DNA of 41,199 nucleotides, taken from positions 1 to 41,199 of IMG/VR virus record IMGVR_UViG_3300032257_000038. One strand, written 5' to 3'. The position numbers were made by a program, and so were the translations under genes. Positions 27,748 to 36,066 of the stretch are shown here, piece after piece. Each line of letters starts with the position of its first letter. Position 1 is the stretch's first letter. This DNA is from a virus. Taxonomy: Duplodnaviria > Caudoviricetes. The notes beneath the pieces are model-generated. The model was not told where the DNA came from. It saw only the letters and a list, made by a program, of their open reading frames with translations, and did no database searches.

Positions 27748-28803
27748 ATGGATATTAAATTAGCAATAAAGGCCGAAGTGTTAAGAGCGATCGACGAAGG
27801 TTCGGCGAGAGACGAAAGCCCAAGGAAGTATCTTGGGTTTAGTGAGATCGGGAAAGACGACCGCTATCTTTGGCTTAAATTTCGTCATTGCCTTAAAATG
27901 GTTGACGAGGATGATGACGGCATTCTTGATGAAAATTATTCAAGAATATCTCGTGTATTTGAGGTGGGCCATGAGTACGAAAAGAAAATCAATGGCTGGC
28001 TGGAAGATGGTGGGCTGCTCGTAGGAAATGATCAGGCTGAAATATCTCTTCTTGATGGCCACTTCAAAGGGCACACCGATGGCGACCTAATGGTTGATGG
28101 CGTTTTACCCATGACCGAGAAAAAGTCAGCGAACAGAGCTTCATCCAATCGGTTTATAAAATGCGACACAGTACGTGAATGGAATGAAGTATATTGGGTG
28201 CAAGCGCAGTCGTATGCTGGGCACTTTAAATATAGGCACATTGTATTCATCGTCATATGTAAGGACACTCAGCGAGTATCAGTCAAGGTAGAGGATGTCG
28301 ATCCATGGGTTTATGACTCTTCATGCTATAAGGCTGAGCAAATAATTTTCAACACCGATAAGCTTCCGTACTCAACATGGTCCGGTCCTGAATGGTATGA
28401 GTCAAAATTCATTGGAGATTATAACTCAAATATCTACTGGGGTAAGACGGTTCCAAAGCCAGGATGCCGGAATTGCAGGCATTCATGCCCAACAGTAGAT
28501 GGCGAATGGTGGTGTGGAGAATATGAGAGAACAGTTGACATTGCCAGGCAGTTGAAAAATGATTGCGGATTGCACCAGTTTTTACCCTGTTTACTTGAAA
28601 CTCCGTTAGCGGGAACAGTGGTTGAAAACGTCCAAAAAGATGATCAGGATATCGTAAACAAAAAGCTATCCAGTGTGACCATATATAACTCGCTTCAGGC
28701 TGCGGCGATTGAAAATGGGAATATGGAAGTTTTTGATAAAAATACAGTGATCAATAAGTCGATGGCCGAAGCTTTTGACCCTAAGCTTATTCCAGGAGAT
28801 TGA
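27748..28803 (+). CDS. PD-(D/E)XK exonuclease, Cas4-like
   Basis: LGFSEIG, GH, GHTDG..EKKS, Y.VQ.Q.Y, CRNCRHS cluster. Confidence 0.85.
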   Translation: MDIKLAIKAEVLRAIDEGSARDESPRKYLGFSEIGKDDRYLWLKFRHCLKMVDEDDDGILDENYSRISRVFEVGHEYEKKINGWLEDGGLLVGNDQAEISLLDGHFKGHTDGDLMVDGVLPMTEKKSANRASSNRFIKCDTVREWNEVYWVQAQSYAGHFKYRHIVFIVICKDTQRVSVKVEDVDPWVYDSSCYKAEQIIFNTDKLPYSTWSGPEWYESKFIGDYNSNIYWGKTVPKPGCRNCRHSCPTVDGEWWCGEYERTVDIARQLKNDCGLHQFLPCLLETPLAGTVVENVQKDDQDIVNKKLSSVTIYNSLQAAAIENGNMEVFDKNTVINKSMAEAFDPKLIPGD

Positions 28804-28806
28804 CCG

Positions 28807-29193
28807 ATGAGAATAATTAAGGATATAGATAGAGACGAGTATGGGCGTCGATACGTTCATGCGCAATGCACTCGTTGCTTTAAAGTTCATCGCATACATA
28901 AGCATTTAATAATAAGGGGAGTTATTGAAGATTGTTGTCGCTTTACTAAGAATGAGAAAATAAATGCGCTCCAAGCTTTGGAAGACCTTTCCGATAAAAG
29001 GAAATATGACTCTTCTTACGATTTTGTTATGACGGCGATTCCTTTTATATATGAAATGTCAGAGTATGACGCGAAATGGCTGCGCCGAGAAATAAATAAC
29101 ATAAGGGAGCTTCAGACTGCACCGAAGAAATACAAGCAAATTAATCTGATCAGGAAGCTATATAAGATTCAACGACCCGAAGATATTAGTTGA
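28807..29193 (+). CDS. Hypothetical protein with CxxC
   Basis: GGAG RBS; CTRC...CC. Confidence 0.65.
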   Translation: MRIIKDIDRDEYGRRYVHAQCTRCFKVHRIHKHLIIRGVIEDCCRFTKNEKINALQALEDLSDKRKYDSSYDFVMTAIPFIYEMSEYDAKWLRREINNIRELQTAPKKYKQINLIRKLYKIQRPEDIS

Positions 29194-29218
29194 CATAAAG
29201 CGGCATTGCGCTTATTAT
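29190..29218 (+). promoter_or_regulatory. Sigma70-type promoter upstream of the HTH gene
   Basis: TTGACA-17-TATTAT with GCGGCATTGCGC in the spacer. Confidence 0.75.
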
Positions 29219-29223
29219 TATCT

Positions 29224-29258
29224 TACCCTATAGGAATTATCTTATAGGGTATTTTTTT
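29224..29258 (+). terminator. Intrinsic terminator
   Basis: TACCCTATAGG-AATTAT-CTTATAGGGTA plus T7. Confidence 0.75.
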
Positions 29259-29268
29259 AGGAGGATAT

Positions 29269-29475
29269 ATGGATTACTCAGATATGAATGAGGTTATGGC
29301 TGAGCTTAAGTTGACGCGGAAGGATATGGCGACAGCAATGGGCGTTCCAGGAAGCACTTTGAAAGAGTGGTTAAGTTATCGCAGGAACCCAACGGCATCA
29401 GCGGTTCGATTGGCTGAGGTTTTGGTTGCGATCAACGGGACTAGGATTGGGTTTAAGGTAATTCGGAGGTTGTGA
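29269..29475 (+). CDS. Small XRE/Cro-like HTH regulator
   Basis: LTRKDMATAMGVPGSTLKEW...RRNP; AGGAGG RBS. Confidence 0.85.
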   Translation: MDYSDMNEVMAELKLTRKDMATAMGVPGSTLKEWLSYRRNPTASAVRLAEVLVAINGTRIGFKVIRRL

Positions 29476-29654
29476 TGGCAGAGGTTAATGATCGTAAATT
29501 TTTGAATGTTGTGTGCCCTGAATGCGGCCATAAAACTGTTTACTTTGATGGCCGAGTTTATGTTAGTGGTTGCTTGGACGATCAGGTAGAAGGAGAGATA
29601 GATTTAGAATGCGAAACATGTAATAAAACAATTGATCAATTTTCCATAACTTAA
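29475..29654 (+). CDS. Small zinc-ribbon protein
   Basis: CPECG and CETC pairs. Confidence 0.7.
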   Translation: MAEVNDRKFLNVVCPECGHKTVYFDGRVYVSGCLDDQVEGEIDLECETCNKTIDQFSIT

Positions 29655-29670
29655 AGCACACGGAGAAACA

Positions 29671-30426
29671 ATGATGCATTACGTGATAGCTAAAGACACT
29701 TTTTTTGATGAATTTGACGGCATGGATAGCGATTACATTTCAATTGAATGTAAAACCAAAGCTGAGTTAACCACTGTGCTGGCCAATGTTGACGACCACC
29801 GTTACTATCAGCTAACGGCAATCAACCGCGTGGACATCGTTACGATGAACGGGCGTGAGGTGACGAAATTCAGCTCACCTTCTGACACATGTTGGTTTCA
29901 TGAGAATCGACCGTTTAAATTGAAGGATAGCCCTGACACAGTTGAGTATACATCAGAAAGTCAACCTGAATTGTCGTATGCCTCAGAAGCAAGTGCCGGT
30001 GTTGATTTGCCTGCCAACCTTAATCAGTTTGAAGTTGTGTCGCTTGACCCAGGTGAAGGGATGATGATTTCAACAGGCATTTGTGTTGACATGCAAAGCA
30101 AGCTAATGATGGCAATGGTTTGCCCTAAGTCTGGGTTAGGGACACTTGGCTTACGTAAGGTTGAGGTAGGTGGTCATGGGATCAATCTATCAAACGGCGT
30201 TGGTATAATTGATTCTGATTACCATGGGGAAATAAAGGTCGGGTTGGTCAATAATACTGACAGTGTTTTTGTGATTCACCCTAATGACTACATTGCGCAG
30301 ATGGTTTTCCTACCAATTTTAAAGCCTAAGCTTTCTAAGGTTGCTTGGATTAAAGGTGAGACAGAGCGCGGGAGTAAAGGGTTTGGTGAAATGACCAGCA
30401 TTAGAAATACTGGTGGCTCGCTATGA
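29671..30426 (+). CDS. dut: Trimeric dUTPase with N-terminal extension
   Basis: AGVDL, PKSGL, GIIDSDYHGEI, IAQ, ERG.KGFG. Confidence 0.9.
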   Translation: MMHYVIAKDTFFDEFDGMDSDYISIECKTKAELTTVLANVDDHRYYQLTAINRVDIVTMNGREVTKFSSPSDTCWFHENRPFKLKDSPDTVEYTSESQPELSYASEASAGVDLPANLNQFEVVSLDPGEGMMISTGICVDMQSKLMMAMVCPKSGLGTLGLRKVEVGGHGINLSNGVGIIDSDYHGEIKVGLVNNTDSVFVIHPNDYIAQMVFLPILKPKLSKVAWIKGETERGSKGFGEMTSIRNTGGSL

Positions 30427-30905
30427 AACGAGTAACTTTTAACGGTTGTAATAAAAACCCACGATATGCGGCATGGTCTAGTATGATCGGTCGCTGCGAT
30501 GATCCTAACAATAAGCGTTATGTGGATTATGGAGCTAGGTGCATTAAAGTGTGCGACCAATGGTATGTATTTCAGCAATACCTGGACGACACAGCTCATC
30601 TAAACCTCACGGGCGGGCGAACGGTTGACCGTATCGATAACGACAAAGGATATTATCCTGAAAACGTGAGAGCGGCTACAAAATCAGAGCAGAACATTAA
30701 TCAACGGATGCGGAAAGACAATACATCAAAAGTGGTTGGCGTAAGTTTTTGCGCGGGTACTTCAAAGTGGAAATGTCAGACCCGAATTTATGGCAAGCGG
30801 GCCTACCTTGGATTATACGATAATCTCAAGGACGCTAAAGAAGCTCGGTCTGCATCGGAAGATTATCGGTCTATGTTAGGAGCCATACAGAATGATCACG
30901 CTTAA
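30423..30905 (+). CDS. HNH endonuclease with C-terminal AP2-like domain
   Basis: W..M..RC, YG.R.IKVC..W, DRIDN.KGY.PEN, NTS...GV...W......YLG.Y. Confidence 0.88.
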   Translation: MKRVTFNGCNKNPRYAAWSSMIGRCDDPNNKRYVDYGARCIKVCDQWYVFQQYLDDTAHLNLTGGRTVDRIDNDKGYYPENVRAATKSEQNINQRMRKDNTSKVVGVSFCAGTSKWKCQTRIYGKRAYLGLYDNLKDAKEARSASEDYRSMLGAIQNDHA

Positions 30906-31224
30906 TAATGTAATTGCAGCTTTTTCAAAGCCAGACATCAGTCTGATGCAAAAACCTGGTGGCAAACGATATACCTCACCATGGCATGACGGGTTAGGAG
31001 AGAAGGGTAGCAAATACCGTGAAAGCATCCGAAGTCATACGTTAAACGGAAAAGCAATGAGGGTTGAGGATATCGCCGGTGAACTTGGAATAAGTGTGGC
31101 AACCTTCTACCGCAGGATTGAATTGGTTGAGACTGCCGAAGAATGCTCGAATGATAACCCGATTTGGAAGATAATGGCCAATGCTAACAAAAGCATAGCG
31201 GCAAAAAATAGGGTAAGGAGGTGA
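30892..31224 (+). CDS. Hypothetical HTH-containing protein
   Basis: VEDIAGELGISVATFYRRI. Confidence 0.65.
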   Translation: MITLNNVIAAFSKPDISLMQKPGGKRYTSPWHDGLGEKGSKYRESIRSHTLNGKAMRVEDIAGELGISVATFYRRIELVETAEECSNDNPIWKIMANANKSIAAKNRVRR

Positions 31225-31227
31225 CTT

Positions 31228-31464
31228 ATGGAATACGAAGAATTTGTTACGCATTGCGAAGAATATGGGAAGACCGGGCATTATCGCATTGACCTGGATG
31301 GGACGATTGTTTTTGCTGTAAAGGAATCTTTATTCAGGACCAGGGATCATTGGCCTTGGTGGTCGAGAAATTCATGCAGGCTGGCGACTGTTTTTGAGAC
31401 TGGCGAGAGTGTGTATATTGAAGTTCCAGAATGGAAGAAGTGGAAATTTGAGATAGCAGATTGA
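31228..31464 (+). CDS. Hypothetical protein
   Basis: AAGGAGGT RBS. Confidence 0.7.
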   Translation: MEYEEFVTHCEEYGKTGHYRIDLDGTIVFAVKESLFRTRDHWPWWSRNSCRLATVFETGESVYIEVPEWKKWKFEIAD

Positions 31465-31478
31465 TAATAATTAATAAA

Positions 31479-31506
31479 GCCGATGCAGGATTTCTCTTGT
31501 ATCGGC
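31479..31506. terminator. Intergenic hairpin before the primase gene
   Basis: GCCGATGCAGGA-TTTC-TCTTGTATCGGC; A-rich on the 5' side. Confidence 0.55.
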
Positions 31507-31552
31507 ATTGGACATATTCAACCACGAAGTATAACCAAAAGGTATAGATAAC

Positions 31553-33679
31553 ATGAATAAAGAACAGTTCAATAAATTAGTCGAAGCCGCTGAAATTGCT
31601 AGCGGCTTTTTCCGTATTGTCCCAGGTAGGCAAAAAGTTCCATGCGTGAAATGGCGACAATGGATCACTGAAGAACAGGACATTGAGAATTTCGATGAGT
31701 TTATGCAGGGGGCTGATACCTTGCTGGCGCTTACCGGTATTGACTATGTTGTGGTCGATTGTGATACGTGGGAGGCAGGCAAAGACATTTCAAAGGTGCT
31801 TCCTGTTACCCCTTTAATAACGAAAACAGGCAGAGGAATGCACCTTTGGTACGCAGTGGACAAAGGCAGAGATGCGGTGCCCATTAAAAATTCAGCGGGT
31901 GGAAAGCATGTGGACGTGCGCGGAATTGGTGGTGTGGTTGTTATTCCACCAACTATTCATCCTAATGGGAAGCCTTACCAGTGGGTCTTCCCTTTGGATA
32001 CTTACAACACGGTAAAAACTCTTCCTGATGCAGAAATGCCTAGTGCCGATGTCTTTGATAACCTCCCGGTGCTCACTCAGGATCACGTTGATATTATCGC
32101 AGAATATAACGGGACATCGATAAGCAAGGAAAAAGTAGCCAGCAAAAAGGATGAGTTTTTCAAGGAAAATTCTCATAAAGGAGAGGACATCCTAAATGTT
32201 AAGTTTGAGAAAGACCTGTGGAAAAGTGATGGTCAGACGCTTGTTGAGCTGCTTGACAAGCAGATAGTTAACGGAAGGAATAACCATTTAACCGTGTTGA
32301 CAGGGGCGTTGATACGGGCAGGCTTTGGCCGTGCAGCCATTCTAAGTAGAATTCTTGAGTGGAATGCAAAGCAAGTTAACCCACTAGATGACGATGAGCT
32401 ATTCAAGGTTTTCACTTCCATCGTCACTAGCGAAACGAGAAGCAACCCCAACGCTTTTAAGGATATAGATAACCATTACGATCCGCTAGATGACCTTCGT
32501 GTCATTGATCGAAAAAAGCTTCAAGAAGAAGCAGACTCTACCATTGAAAGCGCGGCAACTGCTGAAGATGACGTGCCACCTTTTACTACGACATGGTTAT
32601 CCGAGCTAATGGTTCGGGATATTGAGAGTGATGATTTTTGGTGGGACCGCTGCCTTTTTACCGATAGCCTGATGATGATTGCTGGTGAGCCTAAGCTTGG
32701 GAAGTCATTTTTTGCCATGCAAATGATGATTGCTGCGGCAACCGGCGGACAATTTTTGGCAAAACCTTTCATGAAGCCAATGCGATGCATGTTTGTCCAA
32801 TTCGAGCTTTCTGACTATGACCTGAAGGCTCGGTTTGGCGATCTAATCAAAGGGTTGAGCAGTAAAGACCAGGTGCTCGCTAACAGTAATATCTGCATCA
32901 TGAGCAAGGTGTCGATTGATCTTGATGACCTGACGAGCCTTAAGAAACTTATCGCAACCTACGAAGCGGTAAGCCCCGATCTCGTCGTTATTGACCCTCT
33001 CGTTAACCTGCTTAATGGGGATGAGAACGATAATCGGAAAATGGCTGAAATGATGACCATTGTTAAGGCAATTAATGATCATACCCATGTTTCATCGTGC
33101 ATCGTAATTCATCATGCGAATAAGGGGAGTCGGGGTAAGGATATCTCTAACCCGTTTGATTTGATTCGCGGGGCAAGTGCATTAAGAGGGTTTTATGACA
33201 CCGGAATCGTGCTCAGGGACACAGCAGGGGGCATAATGGTGGACATTGAGAAGCGAAGTGGCATGAAGATTAACCCTTTTATCATTGCCCGTTCAAGCAG
33301 TAAGGGATTCATTCTTAGCAATGACCTACTCGACCATGAGAATAAGATCGTTGAGGAAGCAAAGCTTAGTTCTGATGAGGTGATTTCCCGGTATAAAGAG
33401 GTGCTAGGTGATCAGCTAGATGGTATGGTGAAGGACAGCATCAATAAGGTTGAAGGAGCAAGGCGTGATCTTGTTATCAAGGCGGTGGAGTTGCTTGGGA
33501 AATGCCGATGGATTGAGTTGATGGTCACCCTCCGCGATTTATTGGCCGAGAGGGACGAGGAGTATTCAGAGAGGTTTTTTAACGACAAGGCGAAAATAGC
33601 AAGGGCTGTCGCAGCAGAGAGTAAAACGGAAAAAACTACATGCTCAGAATTTGGCCGTGATTACATCGACTTCAAATAA
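31553..33679 (+). CDS. Bifunctional primase-polymerase / PriCT / RepA-like (AAA_25) helicase fusion
   Basis: VVDCD, KTGRGMHLWY, DVRG.GG.V.IPPT.H..G.PY, GRNN, GEPKLGKS, VVIDP, IHHANK, RGASAL. Confidence 0.93.
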   Translation: MNKEQFNKLVEAAEIASGFFRIVPGRQKVPCVKWRQWITEEQDIENFDEFMQGADTLLALTGIDYVVVDCDTWEAGKDISKVLPVTPLITKTGRGMHLWYAVDKGRDAVPIKNSAGGKHVDVRGIGGVVVIPPTIHPNGKPYQWVFPLDTYNTVKTLPDAEMPSADVFDNLPVLTQDHVDIIAEYNGTSISKEKVASKKDEFFKENSHKGEDILNVKFEKDLWKSDGQTLVELLDKQIVNGRNNHLTVLTGALIRAGFGRAAILSRILEWNAKQVNPLDDDELFKVFTSIVTSETRSNPNAFKDIDNHYDPLDDLRVIDRKKLQEEADSTIESAATAEDDVPPFTTTWLSELMVRDIESDDFWWDRCLFTDSLMMIAGEPKLGKSFFAMQMMIAAATGGQFLAKPFMKPMRCMFVQFELSDYDLKARFGDLIKGLSSKDQVLANSNICIMSKVSIDLDDLTSLKKLIATYEAVSPDLVVIDPLVNLLNGDENDNRKMAEMMTIVKAINDHTHVSSCIVIHHANKGSRGKDISNPFDLIRGASALRGFYDTGIVLRDTAGGIMVDIEKRSGMKINPFIIARSSSKGFILSNDLLDHENKIVEEAKLSSDEVISRYKEVLGDQLDGMVKDSINKVEGARRDLVIKAVELLGKCRWIELMVTLRDLLAERDEEYSERFFNDKAKIARAVAAESKTEKTTCSEFGRDYIDFK

Positions 33680-33700
33680 CACTGGCGGGAATTAGTCTTT

Positions 33701-33727
33701 AAGGTCGGTATTCCCGGCCTTTTTTTT
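33701..33727 (+). terminator. Intrinsic terminator
   Basis: AAGGTCGG-TATTC-CCGGCCTT with long T run. Confidence 0.85.
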
Positions 33728-33729
33728 GT

Positions 33730-34062
33730 CCAAAATATATCAAATAAATGATCTAGAAAACACTTCTGCCACAATGTTATCAATAACTTACGTGAATTCC
33801 GCGTATTATTTAAACGATTCTCGTGTTTTTTTAATAAAACTTCCTCCACGTTGATTTTAAAGGGAAAAATTAACCTTGGATTTTGAAGGTTATTATTTTA
33901 GTGTTTTTGGAATTTGTAAGTTGTTGTTTTTTCAGGGGGTTTCTGACTTCAGGGGTGATCACTAGGGTAGGGGTAGTAGGTTAATGTGTCAAAACTGTCT
34001 AAGCATCCCTTGAGGTTCGCTGACAAGTTTACACATTACCATACGACCCACCTAGTTGTCAA
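33730..34062. other. Candidate replication origin region
   Basis: Largest non-coding stretch, AT-rich, follows the primase-helicase; contains a 96-nt bulged inverted repeat at 33961-34056. Confidence 0.45.
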
Positions 34063-34097
34063 GAGATTTTGGGATATATTAAAAATAAATAACAATA

Positions 34098-34126
34098 TTG
34101 ACATAGTTGTATTTTAAATGTATAGT
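34098..34126 (+). promoter_or_regulatory. Sigma70-type promoter
   Basis: TTGACA-17-TATAGT with A-rich UP-like sequence. Confidence 0.8.
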
Positions 34127-34178
34127 TTAGTTGTTGCCATGAAGGTATACGTTAAATCAACCACATAAAGGTATATAA

Positions 34179-34871
34179 ATGAACGACTTACAAGGAAATA
34201 AAGATGTAGATGGTGTAACTTCTGTTCAATTGGCTGACCAGCTAAATGTTCGCCATGATGATGTGTTAAGGGTGATTCGCAGACTGATTGATAATGGACT
34301 AGATCAACGAACGCAGATTGCGTTGGTTGATTATATTGATGAAAAACAAGAGTCAAGGCCAATGTACATCATGGATTTATGGACCGCATTGATCATAAGT
34401 CCATACCTTGGCGGCCCTAAATCATTGAAGGTCCAGACAGATTTGGTATATCGATGTAAGGAATTAGAAGATCAAAAGCATATCCCCGTAAAAGAAAGTC
34501 ATATACCCATAAAAGAAAAGCGGAAAACAAAAGACTATATGGGATTCAGTGTGACTGATTTTGCCAGTCTTTATGGAAAGCGGGGTGTAGGGCTATTTAG
34601 CGCGATGGCTAGCCGGGGTATTCTTGCTCAGGAAGTGGTGACAATTAGCCATGAAGTTAATCGCTGTCGTGCGACTGATACCTCATCTGGGCATCTGGTC
34701 GAGATCACACCCAAGTACGACACAATGCGATTTGACGATGAGTTTGGTGAGATAGTGCATCAAGTGGCTATCGAATTAGGTTGGGCTGAACCCGGGTCTG
34801 AGCGTCCATCATTTGAAGAGGTATTTGATGCAGAGGCAATCGCTATGGATAATGTAAAAAGACTGACGTAG
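34179..34871 (+). CDS. Rha-family regulatory protein
   Basis: TS.QLA....RHDDVLR.IR.L and Y.D...E.RPMY.M. Confidence 0.85.
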   Translation: MNDLQGNKDVDGVTSVQLADQLNVRHDDVLRVIRRLIDNGLDQRTQIALVDYIDEKQESRPMYIMDLWTALIISPYLGGPKSLKVQTDLVYRCKELEDQKHIPVKESHIPIKEKRKTKDYMGFSVTDFASLYGKRGVGLFSAMASRGILAQEVVTISHEVNRCRATDTSSGHLVEITPKYDTMRFDDEFGEIVHQVAIELGWAEPGSERPSFEEVFDAEAIAMDNVKRLT

Positions 34872-34916
34872 TAGAAACGCTAGAAGATTAACCAATCACT
34901 TTTTTGGAGAAATGAA

Positions 34917-35501
34917 ATGAACTACGAAGCATTAAAAGAAGCAATGGATAAAAATGTGAATGGGTTTGTTAATGCCAATACACTTTGTGATGCTATGGTG
35001 GTAGGTCGTAATGCGATGGTACTGGCTATTGACGATCTTAAAAAGTCCAACCTAATTAAGTTTGTCGAGGGCAGGCTGACTGAAAGAGCATCAAACGTGG
35101 TTTTTATCCATAGGGATATCATTCCCCTACTAGTATTCCAGGCTAAGCAGCGAGGGGCAGGGATGGACGCTGACGATATGATCAATATGGCCGTAGCACT
35201 AGGCTGGGGTAAAGTCGAAAAGAAAGCATATAAAGGTAAGCTGTCATCATGGGCAAAAGATGGCAAAGGATGGTCCGGCCAGGACATGGCAACAAAGTTA
35301 GGAGGGGTAAGTAGTAGGGAGGTCAACAGAGCGCTTATGGCTATGGGAATGTTAGAAAAAATAGACGGGAAGCCTGTCCCAACATCCTTTGGCTCTGAAT
35401 TCGTTAAAAGCGTATCAGGTAGCTATAAAACAGTTCGATGGACAGATTCGGTCATCGAGAAGGTAAAAGAGCACCTGGCAAGTAAAGGAGGCAGTGCATA
35501 A
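34917..35501 (+). CDS. Antirepressor-like protein with KilAC-type C-terminus
   Basis: MATKLG.VSS.EVNR.L..MG.L....G...PT..G.....TVRWT. Confidence 0.7.
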   Translation: MNYEALKEAMDKNVNGFVNANTLCDAMVVGRNAMVLAIDDLKKSNLIKFVEGRLTERASNVVFIHRDIIPLLVFQAKQRGAGMDADDMINMAVALGWGKVEKKAYKGKLSSWAKDGKGWSGQDMATKLGGVSSREVNRALMAMGMLEKIDGKPVPTSFGSEFVKSVSGSYKTVRWTDSVIEKVKEHLASKGGSA

Positions 35502-35517
35502 ATAAAGATGGAGATAA

Positions 35518-35548
35518 TTGACAAATCCACTGTTAATTATTGTATACT
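35518..35548 (+). promoter_or_regulatory. Possible promoter for two secreted morons
   Basis: TTGACA and TATACT, but with a non-optimal 19-nt spacer. Confidence 0.4.
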
Positions 35549-35587
35549 TACTTTCGACGTTTAACTAAATATTTAGAGGAAATTTCA

Positions 35588-36004
35588 TTGAAGAATTTAA
35601 TCACACATAGCATTAATGGCGCAGCTTTAGCGTTAGCTTTATTTTCACTTGGCATGCTGGTTTCTCTTGACACTTTTGCCAAGCCATACGGATACGTCAA
35701 TTCTGCACAGACTTATGCTTACACCTTCTACGGCTCAACCCCCGGCAAATATGGATCTGTCTCGACTTATATTGACATTTACCCAGACGTGACTTACGTA
35801 TCGGTAGCAAATGCCGGAAGTTTACGTTTTTGGTGTAAATACTCTGGAGAAAGAAGCCAGTGGACCCTGAAAGAATTTAATGCTGCATTATCTAATTTTG
35901 GAAAAAATGGGTGGAGTTTATCCATCCAGAAAAACAAGATTGGAAGCAACAATGACTCGTGCCGCATAAACAGGTCTGGTCATGCGAGCCATCTGGCTCA
36001 GTAA
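35588..36004 (+). CDS. Secreted/periplasmic hypothetical protein
   Basis: TTG behind GAGGA; signal peptide ending TFA; two Cys in the mature part. Confidence 0.7.
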   Translation: MKNLITHSINGAALALALFSLGMLVSLDTFAKPYGYVNSAQTYAYTFYGSTPGKYGSVSTYIDIYPDVTYVSVANAGSLRFWCKYSGERSQWTLKEFNAALSNFGKNGWSLSIQKNKIGSNNDSCRINRSGHASHLAQ

Positions 36005-36066
36005 TTTAAAAAGCTAATTGCCAGCTCATGAATGTGGGTTGGTATTAAAATTTACGAGGAGTTATA

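Noticed and set aside
27748-28803. Cas4-like nuclease as part of a CRISPR system
   Set aside because: No array or other cas genes; solo Cas4-like nucleases are usual beside Sak4, SSB and helicase genes.
33680-34178. tRNA or CRISPR mini-array in the largest intergenic region
   Set aside because: No cloverleaf with T-loop/CCA features and no regularly spaced direct repeats.
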